NCBI RefSeq assembly: GCF_000196655.1
Contig: NC_014253.1
Location: forward strand, 1,295,423 to 1,319,422
From: Methanohalobium evestigatum Z-7303
GTDB lineage: Archaea > Halobacteriota > Methanosarcinia > Methanosarcinales > Methanosarcinaceae
Reading direction: 5' to 3'
DNA length: 24,000 nucleotides
Shown here: piece after piece, positions 23,773-24,000 of the stretch
Numbering within the stretch: the first letter of the stretch is position 1
How the letters are laid out: each line of letters opens with the position of its first letter
The notes under the pieces: model-generated
Database searches by the model: none
The model's input: the letters and a program-made list of their open reading frames with translations, nothing else
Told to the model about the DNA's origin: nothing
Made by a program: the position numbers and the translations under genes

Positions 23773-24000
23773 GGTAAATCTCCTCTCAGTATATGTTCTG
23801 GTTTCATACCGTGCGGAGCTTTTGAAATTATATGCTCGCAGACATCATGGTTCATGGATTTACATCTTATTTCTCTTACATGGACCGGTTCATTCAAAGC
23901 TTCTGTAATAAATCCTGAGAAAAACCCACTAACGTATTCACATACAGGAATTTCGCTTTTACCATAGTATTCAGCGATAAAACAGTTCATGAAATATATC
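23769..24000 (-). CDS. V4R (4-vinyl reductase-like) small-molecule-binding domain protein, C-terminal part (ORF open to the window edge)
   Basis: ..PVCEYVSGFFSGFITEALNEPVHVREIRCKSMNHDVCEHII.. matches the V4R C-terminal pattern (C..G...G....v.v.E..C...G...C.f.i). The frame stays open through 24000, so the M at 23990 is probably internal. Confidence 0.65.
   Translation of the reverse strand, partial: IYFMNCFIAEYYGKSEIPVCEYVSGFFSGFITEALNEPVHVREIRCKSMNHDVCEHIISKAPHGMKPEHILRGDLP

Noticed and set aside
23734-23967. 77-aa plus-strand ORF opposite the V4R gene
   Set aside because: It is antisense to a frame with a clear V4R motif and a coupled stop/start junction, and it has no features of its own.
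1-24000. CRISPR arrays, rRNA or tRNA genes, and defence-island-type gene clusters
   Set aside because: I saw no regularly spaced direct repeats, no rRNA-like or cloverleaf-capable segments in the intergenic regions, and no recognisable defence genes. The apparent repeats are the isolated inverted repeats reported above.

Overview
AT-rich archaeal chromosomal segment. The gene content (coenzyme-B 2-oxoacid elongation genes, archaellum arl/fla operon, archaeal-type AlaRS, a PGF-pre-PGF remnant, glycogen-degradation genes) suggests a motile Methanosarcinales-type methanogen. That taxonomic guess comes from reading the proteins; no search was run. Order, left to right: (1) a minus-strand ferrous-iron uptake string, feoA-feoB-small membrane protein-FeoC-like wHTH (the last cut by the window edge), with a DtxR-family metalloregulator upstream. 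Both promoters carry TTTGG..CCAAA palindromic elements resembling iron-box half sites. (2) A DUF5320-type RG-rich protein. (3) Plus-strand hacB(aksE)-orf284-aksF. (4) The minus-strand archaellum motor/accessory operon arlCDE-arlF-arlG-arlH-arlI-arlJ, with no archaellin gene in the window. (5) A 476-bp AT-rich leader holding an inverted-repeat pair (13/13 core, 22/26 extended) that brackets 193 bp; it is either MITE-like or regulatory. (6) A hybrid protein with a P-loop-degenerate KaiC/ArlH-like domain fused to a canonical receiver domain. (7) alaS. (8) A 2-TM protein. (9) A TnpB-only IS200/IS605 element with intact RuvC/Zn-finger motifs and an omega-RNA-like structured 3' flank, next to a surface-protein gene remnant. 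(10) A V4R - GH15 glucoamylase - archaeal glycogen debranching enzyme operon with overlapping or adjacent stop-start junctions. No rRNA, tRNA or CRISPR array was seen. I found no obvious multi-gene novel system such as a defence island. The best candidates for new biology are the KaiC-like/REC protein and IR element upstream of the archaellum operon, the TnpB/omega-RNA unit, and the uncharacterised Cys-rich ORF embedded in the coenzyme B genes.
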